DNA from: a virus
Lineage: Duplodnaviria > Caudoviricetes
Virus record (IMG/VR): IMGVR_UViG_3300033498_000048
Coordinates: 1 to 64,000 of that record
Reading direction: 5' to 3' (one strand)
Length of the DNA stretch: 64,000 nt
Part shown: piece by piece, positions 27,045 to 35,465 of the stretch
Numbering within the stretch: position 1 is the stretch's first letter
Layout of the letters: each line of letters starts with the position of its first letter
Program-made: the position numbers and the translations under genes
The notes under the pieces: generated by a model
Told to the model about the DNA's origin: nothing
The model's database searches: none
Seen by the model: the letters and a program-made list of their open reading frames with translations, nothing else

Positions 27045-27313
27045 AATATTTTTTAAATAATCATTGTTTCTATATAATAACCTTTAATTGGTATTATTTA
27101 AAATTGTTAATTTGAACTCCAACCGTCATGTTGGAGAATAAGCTAGTCAACACAAATCTTGACGTATCAGAGGACTATATTACACACTGTGACATCAATA
27201 TCCTAGAAATGCTGAGTTCTATCAATTTTAAATAATAACACTATCACCACAAGTTTTTTAAATTATACATTGGCAGTTAATGATTGTCAACATCTAATTT
27301 CAATACTAATAAA

Positions 27314-27345
27314 TGGTGTTCCTGACTGGAATTGAATCCGTAACA
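27314..27345 (-). pseudogene. tRNA 3' remnant (T-arm, acceptor 3' strand, CCA)
   Basis: GGA-TTCAATT-CCAG-TCAGGAACACCA with no upstream cloverleaf. Confidence 0.4.
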
Positions 27346-27350
27346 TTAAT

Positions 27351-27500
27351 TTTTAAAAATACTAGGAATTTGCGAATATAGAGATTTTACACGCTCTACC
27401 ATTAAGCTAAATGACCCTCGTATTGGTCATTAGAGGAATCGAACCTCTATCATGTTCGCCGAATGAAGTAACTATATTCTACACCATAGTATTTTTAAAA
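27351..27500 (-). ncRNA. yrlA: YrlA-type Y RNA immediately downstream of the Ro60 gene
   Basis: 14-bp end stem; TGGTGTA-GAATATAG-TTACTTC; T-arm AGAGG-TTCGATT-CCTCT; closed acceptor AATGACC/GGTCATT; D-arm TAGCTTAATGGTAGAGC; CTATATTC. Confidence 0.82.
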
Positions 27501-27595
27501 ACTTTTTTAATCTACTTCCAAGATGTAGTATTTAGTACACCTTGGAAGTAAGACAATTAACTAACTGTTGCAAGTGCTAACTCATAGATAGTTTC

Positions 27596-29014
27596 CTAAC
27601 TATCTTCACTTTGATGGTTATCTAACCCTTCCATTGAAGCAATGTAAGTCAAAAATGAACTAGACCAACCACTGATTTCAGATGTCCACACACCTTTATA
27701 ATTAACACCATGCGAATGTGAACTTACATCAATAATGTAATTAAACTTCCCAAAAGGTTTTGGAGGTGCTTTTACTCTATCACAGTCCTGTGAGTCACTA
27801 AAGATAATAATCCTATCAAAATCTGTACCAACATTCAATTGACACCAATCTAAACATTGTCTAGTGAATATGCCACCTCCACCAACTTTAACCCTTTCAT
27901 CTTCAATTTGTTTTACTAAACCAAATCCTTTGTTTGGATATTTAATATGGTTGTGTTTGCCAGTATAAGTAGAATCAACCCCAGCAGTAATGACAAACTC
28001 AAAATCTTCACACATATTAATCGCAGCTATTGCCATTGCTGTTCCAGCATCCAATCGAGTGAACTCTGAATCTTTAGATGAAATCTCACTTCGCATTGAA
28101 CCAGATACATCAAGAATAATCAAAGACTTTCCAGTTAATTTACTTACATTTGCATAGCTACGGAACATTACTTCTTCAATATCACGCTCAAATTCAGGTG
28201 AATATCTAACTGCTTTAAAGTAATCTAAAGGAAGTAACATTCCAGTTTTAACATTAGCAATAGCGTTTTGAATAACAAGTCTATCAACTCCAGCAGCTTT
28301 CATGTTTCTGATATTGCGCAACAATGCTAATCCACCCAATTTGTTTTCTTGGATTAATCTTGTCCATGATTCTTTTTTATCAGCTCCACTAGACAATGCA
28401 ACTTCCCATGTATCTGGAGTTTGTAACGTGTTTTCAGCCAATTTTTTAAAGCAATCTGCTTGTTCTTGTGTTACTGTTTTTGGGTGTACCATAAACATGA
28501 CATCACGCAATTTAACTGCATTACCAGTACCACGATATTTAGCTAAAGAATATTCGTTAAAATTCAAAAACGCTTTCGCTATTCCACGTTTCATAGCACT
28601 TGGTAGTGGACGTTTACCTCCATTCCAGTACAATGAAACCAAATCTGATAACATATCAGCACGAGTACAAACTTTAGGAATGACATCTGCAATCAATGTA
28701 CGATGTGATTCATGTTTAGCCATTTCAACAATCATCAAAATTGGAACATGACGTAACTTTTGCATAACACGACATTCAATAGCCAATTTAGCAACTTCTT
28801 CTGGTTCACATAGTGGAATCAACACTTTAATCTGCGATGCAACTTCTAAACCATCGACATACGCATTGTTTTCCCACAACAAACAAGCTAACACTAATCT
28901 TCTCAATGTTAAGATATTGCTTTGTTTAGCTGCTACATTACCCATTCCACCTGCCAATCGAACGTCTTGTTCAAAACGGTTATCAACAGCTTTAGTGTTC
29001 ATTTTTTTAGACAT
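27596..29014 (-). CDS. rsr: Ro60/TROVE-domain RNA-binding protein with C-terminal vWA domain
   Basis: LRRLVLACLLWE, LRHVP, RADML, F.EYSLAKY, VKLRDVMFMVHPK, TWEVALS, ALLRNIRNM; MIDAS LDVSGSM and IIFSDSQ; GAGG RBS before ATG 29014. Confidence 0.92.
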   Translation of the reverse strand: MSKKMNTKAVDNRFEQDVRLAGGMGNVAAKQSNILTLRRLVLACLLWENNAYVDGLEVASQIKVLIPLCEPEEVAKLAIECRVMQKLRHVPILMIVEMAKHESHRTLIADVIPKVCTRADMLSDLVSLYWNGGKRPLPSAMKRGIAKAFLNFNEYSLAKYRGTGNAVKLRDVMFMVHPKTVTQEQADCFKKLAENTLQTPDTWEVALSSGADKKESWTRLIQENKLGGLALLRNIRNMKAAGVDRLVIQNAIANVKTGMLLPLDYFKAVRYSPEFERDIEEVMFRSYANVSKLTGKSLIILDVSGSMRSEISSKDSEFTRLDAGTAMAIAAINMCEDFEFVITAGVDSTYTGKHNHIKYPNKGFGLVKQIEDERVKVGGGGIFTRQCLDWCQLNVGTDFDRIIIFSDSQDCDRVKAPPKPFGKFNYIIDVSSHSHGVNYKGVWTSEISGWSSSFLTYIASMEGLDNHQSEDS

Positions 29015-29032
29015 TTTCAATCCTCATTACAT

Positions 29033-29066
29033 TAGGAACAATCTAATCGTTACATTAGACACCATA
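29033..29066 (-). promoter_or_regulatory. minimal Y-RNA-like motif in the Ro60 mRNA leader (putative autoregulatory site)
   Basis: TA-TGGTGTC-TAAT-GTAACG-ATTA-GATTGTTCC-TA reproduces the shared internal loop, 7 nt upstream of the GAGG RBS. Confidence 0.6.
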
Positions 29067-29316
29067 AATATTCATATATTGCTTTAATGTGGCTTCCACA
29101 GTTGCCACATTCTATCAATTAATTCTTTGCCAAAAGCTTGTTGCATATCTGTTAAACAATCACTACGCATACAACGTAATTGTGATAATGTTTCAAAGTC
29201 AACAGTAACTTGGGTTATATGTATTATCTATCAACACATTAAATCCGTCTACTTCCACTTTATCCACCTTTATCAGTTTAATTTATTTCCATGTCACTCG
29301 ATAAATGATTAATTTG

Positions 29317-29389
29317 TCACCCAGGTGGGACTTGAACCCACAACCCTTCAATTAAAAGTCGAATGCTCTTCCTATTGAGCTACTGGGTG
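29317..29389 (-). tRNA. tRNA-Lys(TTT)
   Basis: CACCCAG/CTGGGTG, D stem GCTC/GAGC, arm TTCGA-CTTTTAA-TTGAA. Confidence 0.9.
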
Positions 29390-29459
29390 ATAATTGAATC
29401 ACTAAACGTATCTTTTTATTATAGATACTTCCTAACTATCTGTCAACTGACTATTCACT

Positions 29460-29696
29460 TTAAGCTAACATCACATTATATTTCACACCTAAACCCAACA
29501 CTTGAGAGTTTTGTCTGAAATTTACATATTCTCCAGGTTGGTTTGGAACTTCAATTTTAAAATGTGTATAAGCATATAATCCATGCAATTTTACCATTTT
29601 AATGAATTGCATTAACAACATTTCATTTCCACAATCTTCACGGAATTTTGTGATTAGTGGTACTAATTTTTTCAAAACTTTATCATTTGCGTTCAT
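29460..29696 (-). CDS. hypothetical protein
   Basis: 78-aa ORF behind a TTGACT-N16-TATAAT promoter. Confidence 0.55.
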   Translation of the reverse strand: MNANDKVLKKLVPLITKFREDCGNEMLLMQFIKMVKLHGLYAYTHFKIEVPNQPGEYVNFRQNSQVLGLGVKYNVMLA

Positions 29697-30063
29697 AATA
29701 ATTAAGATTCAAGGTTAGTTAATATTTTTTTTATTATACAGTGTTATCCATCAAAGTCAACAAAATAATTAAAGATTACACCTAAAACTAACGCATCATA
29801 TTCGTGCGTTGATTAACCCTCCAGAGATTTCATGCTCTAATTCATCAATTAGTAGAATCAGATGTAATCTAAAAACATTAAAGTTATATACCTGTTCATA
29901 TAATAGCCACGAGTAAGGGGACAAAAACCCAAGTTAAACGTCTAGCCTAAAATTATACGAAGTGAGCTAGTTTACCTTCCACTCGTTTGTATTATCCAAT
30001 CCAATGGAATTAACAACAACCAAACTTAAAGTCAATAAAATATATAACTTAATGTTCCGAACT

Positions 30064-30363
30064 TCATAATTTTAAATTATAGCTATATTGAGGTTCAATG
30101 TCAACTTTTTTCAAACAATCTGCTGTTTTTTCTGACATGAATAGACAATCGCCCCGTCTGATTATTTGTCCATCTTCCATGACATCTTGTGTATCGACTC
30201 CAAATAAATCATCACAAAATCCATCTATTTCTTTTCGATACTCGTCACTAAATTCAACATCTTTCGATATTCTAAATCGAGATGCTTGAATTGGTCTAAC
30301 AATATGAACACTAAGTCCACCATAAGTTAAACCATTCTTATGTGTAGATTTGGGTTGGTTCAT
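30064..30363 (-). CDS. hypothetical protein
   Basis: 99-aa ORF, 4-nt coupling with the upstream ORF. Confidence 0.6.
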   Translation of the reverse strand: MNQPKSTHKNGLTYGGLSVHIVRPIQASRFRISKDVEFSDEYRKEIDGFCDDLFGVDTQDVMEDGQIIRRGDCLFMSEKTADCLKKVDIEPQYSYNLKL

Positions 30364-31079
30364 TTAGTTTCCTCCAGATTATATGTTACAATAGGTTTAA
30401 TACGATATAAATATTCTACTTTTGATGTTATTCTATTCATTGTAGATTTGATGTCATCGGATGATTTGAATGTCGTTCCGTCTCGTAACTTGACTATTCT
30501 TGGATTGACACTATTGAAAAATTCAACTCGACTAATTTCATTAAAATAATTAGCATCTAACGAACCATTACCGTGCTTTGTAAATATTATATTTACGGTT
30601 GGTGTACCACTTGATAAAAAATTATAATACCTTTCGATTGAAATAAAACTATCTTCATATAAGATTTCATGTGGATTAATTGGAACAAGTGAAAAGTGAC
30701 ACCTAGTATGTTCTTGCTTAATGTATATCTTATCATCAAATCCAATTGAATCTAAAACCCTGCAAATGTTAGTTAGTGATAACAAGTCACGAATATATGT
30801 TTCCAACTGGATATAATTAAATTCATTGCAGGTTTCGGTATATGGAAGCACAATTGGAACTTCTACAAATCCATGTAATTCAACAAATCCCAATAAGCGT
30901 TCAACTATAGTCTGCTTACTCGTATTACAATCGACAGTAATGCCAAGCTGTTTTTGTGTGATAAGTAAGTCTTCAATATCAATTTTGTCACTTTCAACTA
31001 TTGATTGAATCGCACATTTCGTCCCGACAATACTGACAAGGAACTCTATTTGTTTTAATAATTTCACACAACACTCCAT
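30360..31079 (-). CDS. hypothetical protein
   Basis: 239-aa ORF. Confidence 0.65.
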   Translation of the reverse strand: MECCVKLLKQIEFLVSIVGTKCAIQSIVESDKIDIEDLLITQKQLGITVDCNTSKQTIVERLLGFVELHGFVEVPIVLPYTETCNEFNYIQLETYIRDLLSLTNICRVLDSIGFDDKIYIKQEHTRCHFSLVPINPHEILYEDSFISIERYYNFLSSGTPTVNIIFTKHGNGSLDANYFNEISRVEFFNSVNPRIVKLRDGTTFKSSDDIKSTMNRITSKVEYLYRIKPIVTYNLEETK

Positions 31080-31146
31080 TTAGTTTCCACAGGATAATTC
31101 TTCTAACAGGTTTAATAAAATAATCTAGCAACATATTCATTCCATT

Positions 31147-31229
31147 TGGTAGGCAGTAAGGGACTCGAACCCTTAAAGGCTTGGATTCTTAGTCCAATAG
31201 CTGTACCAATTCGCATTAGCCAACTGCCC
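31147..31229 (-). tRNA. atypical tRNA-Leu(AAG)
   Basis: GGGCAGT/ACTGCCT, A73, CCA; arm TTGGA-CTAAGAA-TCCAA (A34); same layout as tRNA-Leu at 21736. Confidence 0.8.
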
Positions 31230-31733
31230 ATTTGTGTAAATCGAATTTAACATATCAAGCTTTCCACTAACCACATTCAGCTTATTTGTTATGTCGTTTT
31301 TGTACTCAACATAACTGCTAACATCCATATTAGGGTAACTAGATGCTCCTTGTAAATAATCATTAGTGTTTTTTAAATCAATTAACAGTCTATCTTTTAT
31401 TCCAATAACACGGTCTATCTCACTGATAATTTCACTTTTTGACATTTGGACTGATAAACCAATCTCGACATATTCAGTAATATCACGCCTATCGGTTATT
31501 ATAACGTCTTCACCCCGTTCAATGATATATCTAAACGATGGATTAATAATCAACTTTACAATCTTACCACAAGATTGTGTAACAGCAATAGATTTTTTAT
31601 TTATCTTAGTGATAATACCACGCAATAATCCATAATAACTATCATTAACTGTTATGGTGTCTCCCAATAACAAATCTGAATTAGATAATATACTAATGTA
31701 ATAAACCATTTTAGCTAACACTAAACACCTCAA
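31173..31733 (-). CDS. hypothetical protein; 3' end overlaps tRNA-Leu(AAG)
   Basis: 186-aa ORF with a TTGACA-N17-TATATT promoter at 31760-31788. Confidence 0.6.
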   Translation of the reverse strand: MRCLVLAKMVYYISILSNSDLLLGDTITVNDSYYGLLRGIITKINKKSIAVTQSCGKIVKLIINPSFRYIIERGEDVIITDRRDITEYVEIGLSVQMSKSEIISEIDRVIGIKDRLLIDLKNTNDYLQGASSYPNMDVSSYVEYKNDITNKLNVVSGKLDMLNSIYTNGQLANANWYSYWTKNPSL

Positions 31734-31759
31734 CGTTATTGGACTATATTAATTTGCAC

Positions 31760-31788
31760 AATATACGTTAAAGTATGTTTAGTGTCAA
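31760..31788 (-). promoter_or_regulatory. sigma70-like early promoter
   Basis: TTGACA-N17-TATATT on the minus strand. Confidence 0.6.
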
Positions 31789-31797
31789 CATTTATTT

Positions 31798-32388
31798 TCA
31801 CAAGTCGTAAACACGCCTTCCTTTAGCTATCGCATCTTTTGCCATTCTACCTAGGTAGTTACAGGCTTCGTCCACTGGAGCCTCAATGGGTTCTTTAAAT
31901 ATGAACGGTCTACCATTTACCTTAGTATTGAACATTCCAGTTTTTCCGAACACAGGATTAGCAAACTTAATAACTTTGTTCATTCCAGGATAACCACTAT
32001 CATTAGTTCCAATTAACAATCCTTCTGTACCACCTTTTGGAACATACAACACTGAATCTTGGTCATACTTATTTCCCAACTTTAGTATCTCAGACTTCAA
32101 ATCACCCGTATCTTTTAAATCAACAACAAATAATGATTCTTCAGAAACTTCAACGGCATCTTCAGTACCATAATCTTCAATATAAGCACCTTTTACAGCA
32201 GTTACACCGAATTTCTTTTCTAGTGTAGATTTTAACTCACGGTTTAATCCTTGGTTAATAGCTTTGGTATTTTTACCACGGAACGCTGTTATGAATCCAG
32301 TATCGTGGTCTTGCATTGCTTGCCATGTGCGACTTAAAGAAGCCTCACTGATTACATTACTTTTATAAAATTCATCAAACGATAACAT
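31798..32388 (-). CDS. conserved T4-like phage protein with CTS-like leader
   Basis: MLSFDEFYK..ISEASLSR...GFITAFRG...EESLFV...KYDQDSVL; TATAAATA at 32412-32419 upstream. Confidence 0.7.
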   Translation of the reverse strand: MLSFDEFYKSNVISEASLSRTWQAMQDHDTGFITAFRGKNTKAINQGLNRELKSTLEKKFGVTAVKGAYIEDYGTEDAVEVSEESLFVVDLKDTGDLKSEILKLGNKYDQDSVLYVPKGGTEGLLIGTNDSGYPGMNKVIKFANPVFGKTGMFNTKVNGRPFIFKEPIEAPVDEACNYLGRMAKDAIAKGRRVYDL

Positions 32389-32411
32389 ACACACCTCTAA
32401 GGTTAAATATG

Positions 32412-32419
32412 TATTTATA
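32412..32419 (-). promoter_or_regulatory. T4-type late promoter TATAAATA
   Basis: Exact consensus 23 nt upstream of ATG 32388. Confidence 0.6.
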
Positions 32420-32614
32420 TTCACCAATTATTAAGATAAGTCAATACCCTAGTTTCTGCAATTTCTTCAATTAACGCACACGCCAATCTCAATAAATATG
32501 TATGACAAGAACTATATTGTGGATTTAATTTATTACTATATAAATTTCATCTGTAATCATACCACTCAACACCATCTTTAAAAGACACATTTCTATGGTT
32601 TCTACCAATTTGTT

Positions 32615-32818
32615 TCATAATACACATCTCCAACATTCAACTACAGAATCATCATCTTCAAATGTAAAACCTAAACGCATTGTTTCGTTGTGGGTCGTGA
32701 TTCCCTTTACAGTATTAACCTTATTACCAGATTTAAATGGTTTATTTGAACGCTTTTTAACTAGCTGTCCTATTAGGTGTTGATATAGGTCGACACTTTC
32801 ATTCTCAAATTTTTTCAT
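32615..32818 (-). CDS. conserved small phage protein
   Basis: KKRSNKPFKSGNKVNTVKG...FTFEDDDSVVECWRC. Confidence 0.6.
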   Translation of the reverse strand: MKKFENESVDLYQHLIGQLVKKRSNKPFKSGNKVNTVKGITTHNETMRLGFTFEDDDSVVECWRCVL

Positions 32819-32830
32819 AATAATTGACTC

Positions 32831-33421
32831 CTAACTAAGATTAATTGATTGTCCACAGAATGGACAATATTTAATGTCAATAACATCTTCACCCACCATC
32901 TTAACATTCCGATTTTCACACACTCCCACAATTGTAGATGAGTAATCAATTCCATCACTTAATGTATATTTCCCATTGCAAGATTTTTTAGTAAGTGGAT
33001 CCATATCTTCAATATGCACAAATCCATCACGACCAACATATAACCGGAACACATCACCAATTTCCTCACCTTGGGCTTGCATTTCGCCAGTTAGTCCAAA
33101 TTCTGGAAATTCCTCACGCATGAATAATATAATAAGATTAAGCTCCTCAATTGGTATAAGGTATTCATCATAAGCTTCAATACCCGTTTCATCATCTTTG
33201 ATTGTTGTTGTAATCAAGCTATCAATTGAATCTTTTAAAACATCTGGGTATTGAAGCTGGTATTTTTTAAATAGGGTTGGAATGTGAATTGCCTCTTTTT
33301 TTGCCCTTCTTTCAGCGTTACCATATAAAGATTTAAGACGATGATATTGTGCATCGGTCAATTCATTAACAAAATTTAGTGAACCTGAATAACTTACTGA
33401 ATAACTCATAATAAACTCCAA
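32831..33421 (-). CDS. hypothetical protein with C-terminal Zn-ribbon
   Basis: 196 aa; GEMQAQGEE.GD; IKYCPFCG. Confidence 0.65.
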   Translation of the reverse strand: MEFIMSYSVSYSGSLNFVNELTDAQYHRLKSLYGNAERRAKKEAIHIPTLFKKYQLQYPDVLKDSIDSLITTTIKDDETGIEAYDEYLIPIEELNLIILFMREEFPEFGLTGEMQAQGEEIGDVFRLYVGRDGFVHIEDMDPLTKKSCNGKYTLSDGIDYSSTIVGVCENRNVKMVGEDVIDIKYCPFCGQSINLS

Positions 33422-33819
33422 AAATCAAATGTTAAATTTCTTCATAGTTCCAAGATACTGGAGAATGATTTTTTACAAAATGGTCGTAAGCTGCTTTTGA
33501 ACTAGCGTAAACAACATCTTCAAAATTTCCAGATACAGTTCCACACATTGGGTGTGTGGCTACAAAATCATTGATAAAAGGTAATAATCCTCATTTACTT
33601 CTGTTGTAATTGTCCAACACTTGAATGTTGTTTTGAATATTGTTTATGTTATTCAATATCACTATAAGCAAGTTCTGTAACACACTCTGGACTCAAAGTT
33701 ACAGCAGAAGTGATGTTGTCAACATTTGGTTCAATTTTAAATGGCAGCTTTTTATTTTTCATATAATGTCCTTAAAAAGATGGAATCTAATCCACAATAG
33801 TCAAGTATTCAGTATTATA

Positions 33820-34002
33820 TCAAGCGAACTCTGCTATATCTATTAACAACACATCAATATCAGTATAAAAATGTTCAAGCGTTGGTTCAGTCGTTACAAT
33901 GCTACCACCTTCAATATGGTCTATTGTAAATTTCATTTTAGCTAAGTCATTGCCTTGGCTTTGGATTGTTTGTAAATATTTTAAAACATCTAGTGCTGTC
34001 AT
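33820..34002 (-). CDS. hypothetical protein
   Basis: 60-aa ORF. Confidence 0.45.
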   Translation of the reverse strand: MTALDVLKYLQTIQSQGNDLAKMKFTIDHIEGGSIVTTEPTLEHFYTDIDVLLIDIAEFA

Positions 34003-34083
34003 TTTAATTAAACCTCTAACTTGTGTGAAATTTGATTTGTGTAATATACATACATTAAAAACAATTGTAAACCTAAATCGTGT

Positions 34084-34335
34084 TCATTGTCTAAGCTGTG
34101 TAATAAGTTCAGCAAGTTCAACTTCCCTTGACTTTAATCGTTTACATTGTAATTCCAATTCTACACTAAATTTTTTAGATTTTTCGTGTCTATAGTTTTT
34201 GAGGTCAACTAAATCTCCATAGTATTCATTTACCCAATCAACAAATTGTTCATCGGATAGTGTTCCCAACCTGATTTCTTCATAAACATCATTACACGAT
34301 TTAATGGTCATAATGGTTCTCCAGATGGCAAACAA
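34084..34335 (-). CDS. hypothetical protein
   Basis: 83-aa ORF. Confidence 0.5.
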   Translation of the reverse strand: MFAIWRTIMTIKSCNDVYEEIRLGTLSDEQFVDWVNEYYGDLVDLKNYRHEKSKKFSVELELQCKRLKSREVELAELITQLRQ

Positions 34336-34586
34336 GGTGTGAAAATGACACCTACACCTGTTCCATCACCAACAGTACACCGTACATTAAGGTAATCGGA
34401 ACAGTATGTGTCCGAAAATAAACACCCTTTGCAGCTACCATTTGCCTCTACAATAACATTCTTAACTGCTGTTTTTCTTGCTTCCCTAATTCCTTTGCTT
34501 AGTTTTAGAATCGCTCCAACTGGGTATATAGTAGGAGTGGCTTTCCTAGAGTCTCTGGAAAAGTCTTTAAGTTTTAATTTTGGCAT
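34308..34586 (-). CDS. hypothetical Cys-rich protein
   Basis: SCKGCLF...C...RC motif. Confidence 0.55.
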   Translation of the reverse strand: MPKLKLKDFSRDSRKATPTIYPVGAILKLSKGIREARKTAVKNVIVEANGSCKGCLFSDTYCSDYLNVRCTVGDGTGVGVIFTPCLPSGEPL

Positions 34587-34705
34587 GGTTATTATCCTAT
34601 TTGATTTGTCTTACAAGTCAAGTATATTGATAACATCTTTACACAACCAATTAATTAAGATTTTGTGTAAATTGTCTTGTGCTGTCATTGTTAATTAAAA
34701 ATAGA

Positions 34706-34734
34706 ATTATACTTAGTTTGAATTTCAAAGTCAA
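34706..34734 (-). promoter_or_regulatory. sigma70-like early promoter
   Basis: TTGACT-N17-TATAAT on the minus strand. Confidence 0.7.
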
Positions 34735-35186
34735 CTATTAATTTATTTTTCAATCGCATCAATTGCAATGATTTACAATTACTTGCGAAAAGTCCAAGGA
34801 CTTATATTCTATTCTGTCAAATAATGACTTAAGTGAACCATACCATTTATTATCTGAATATACCCAAACTTCTGATTCATTATTAATAACAACGGCGAAC
34901 TTACCAAGCTCATTAAAAAAATCAAACTCATATTTTACAACACAATAAACTCTGGAATCTTAATTGCAATAATATCATACTCGCTACTATATGTCCAATT
35001 CATATCAGACATTGCCTCAATCAATTTAATCACTTCACCCACAATATCAGTCATAATGGTTCTCCAGTTTCTGTACACCGTTTTAAGATTATAGCCACGC
35101 CAGACTTTGAATATACCTTGGCACAAGTAAGGTATTCCGTGCAGTTGAATAGTGGTAATAATAAGCAATTGTCACAAGTGAGCTGT

Positions 35187-35465
35187 TCACATCATTGTCT
35201 GTAAAAATGCCAATGTATTATCTGTCCAGTCAACCCACACTTTTAACGTTGGATTAGCGATGAGGGTTTCAACAATTTTTGCTGTGTAATCACAATTTCC
35301 ACCCTCAGCACATTTATATTGTGCCAAAAATCTTTTATTGTTCTTGCCATGATTACTATCTCCTTCTCCTAAATGATTATCTATAAACTGTGTGTGAAAG
35401 TATAAAGCAAAATAAATCAAATGTAAAGGTTTATTTGTCATTAGCAGTTCTAGGAGGTATAACAA
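35187..35465 (-). CDS. hypothetical protein
   Basis: 92-aa ORF; real start is probably the internal ATG (MTNKPL). Confidence 0.5.
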   Translation of the reverse strand: MLYLLELLMTNKPLHLIYFALYFHTQFIDNHLGEGDSNHGKNNKRFLAQYKCAEGGNCDYTAKIVETLIANPTLKVWVDWTDNTLAFLQTMM

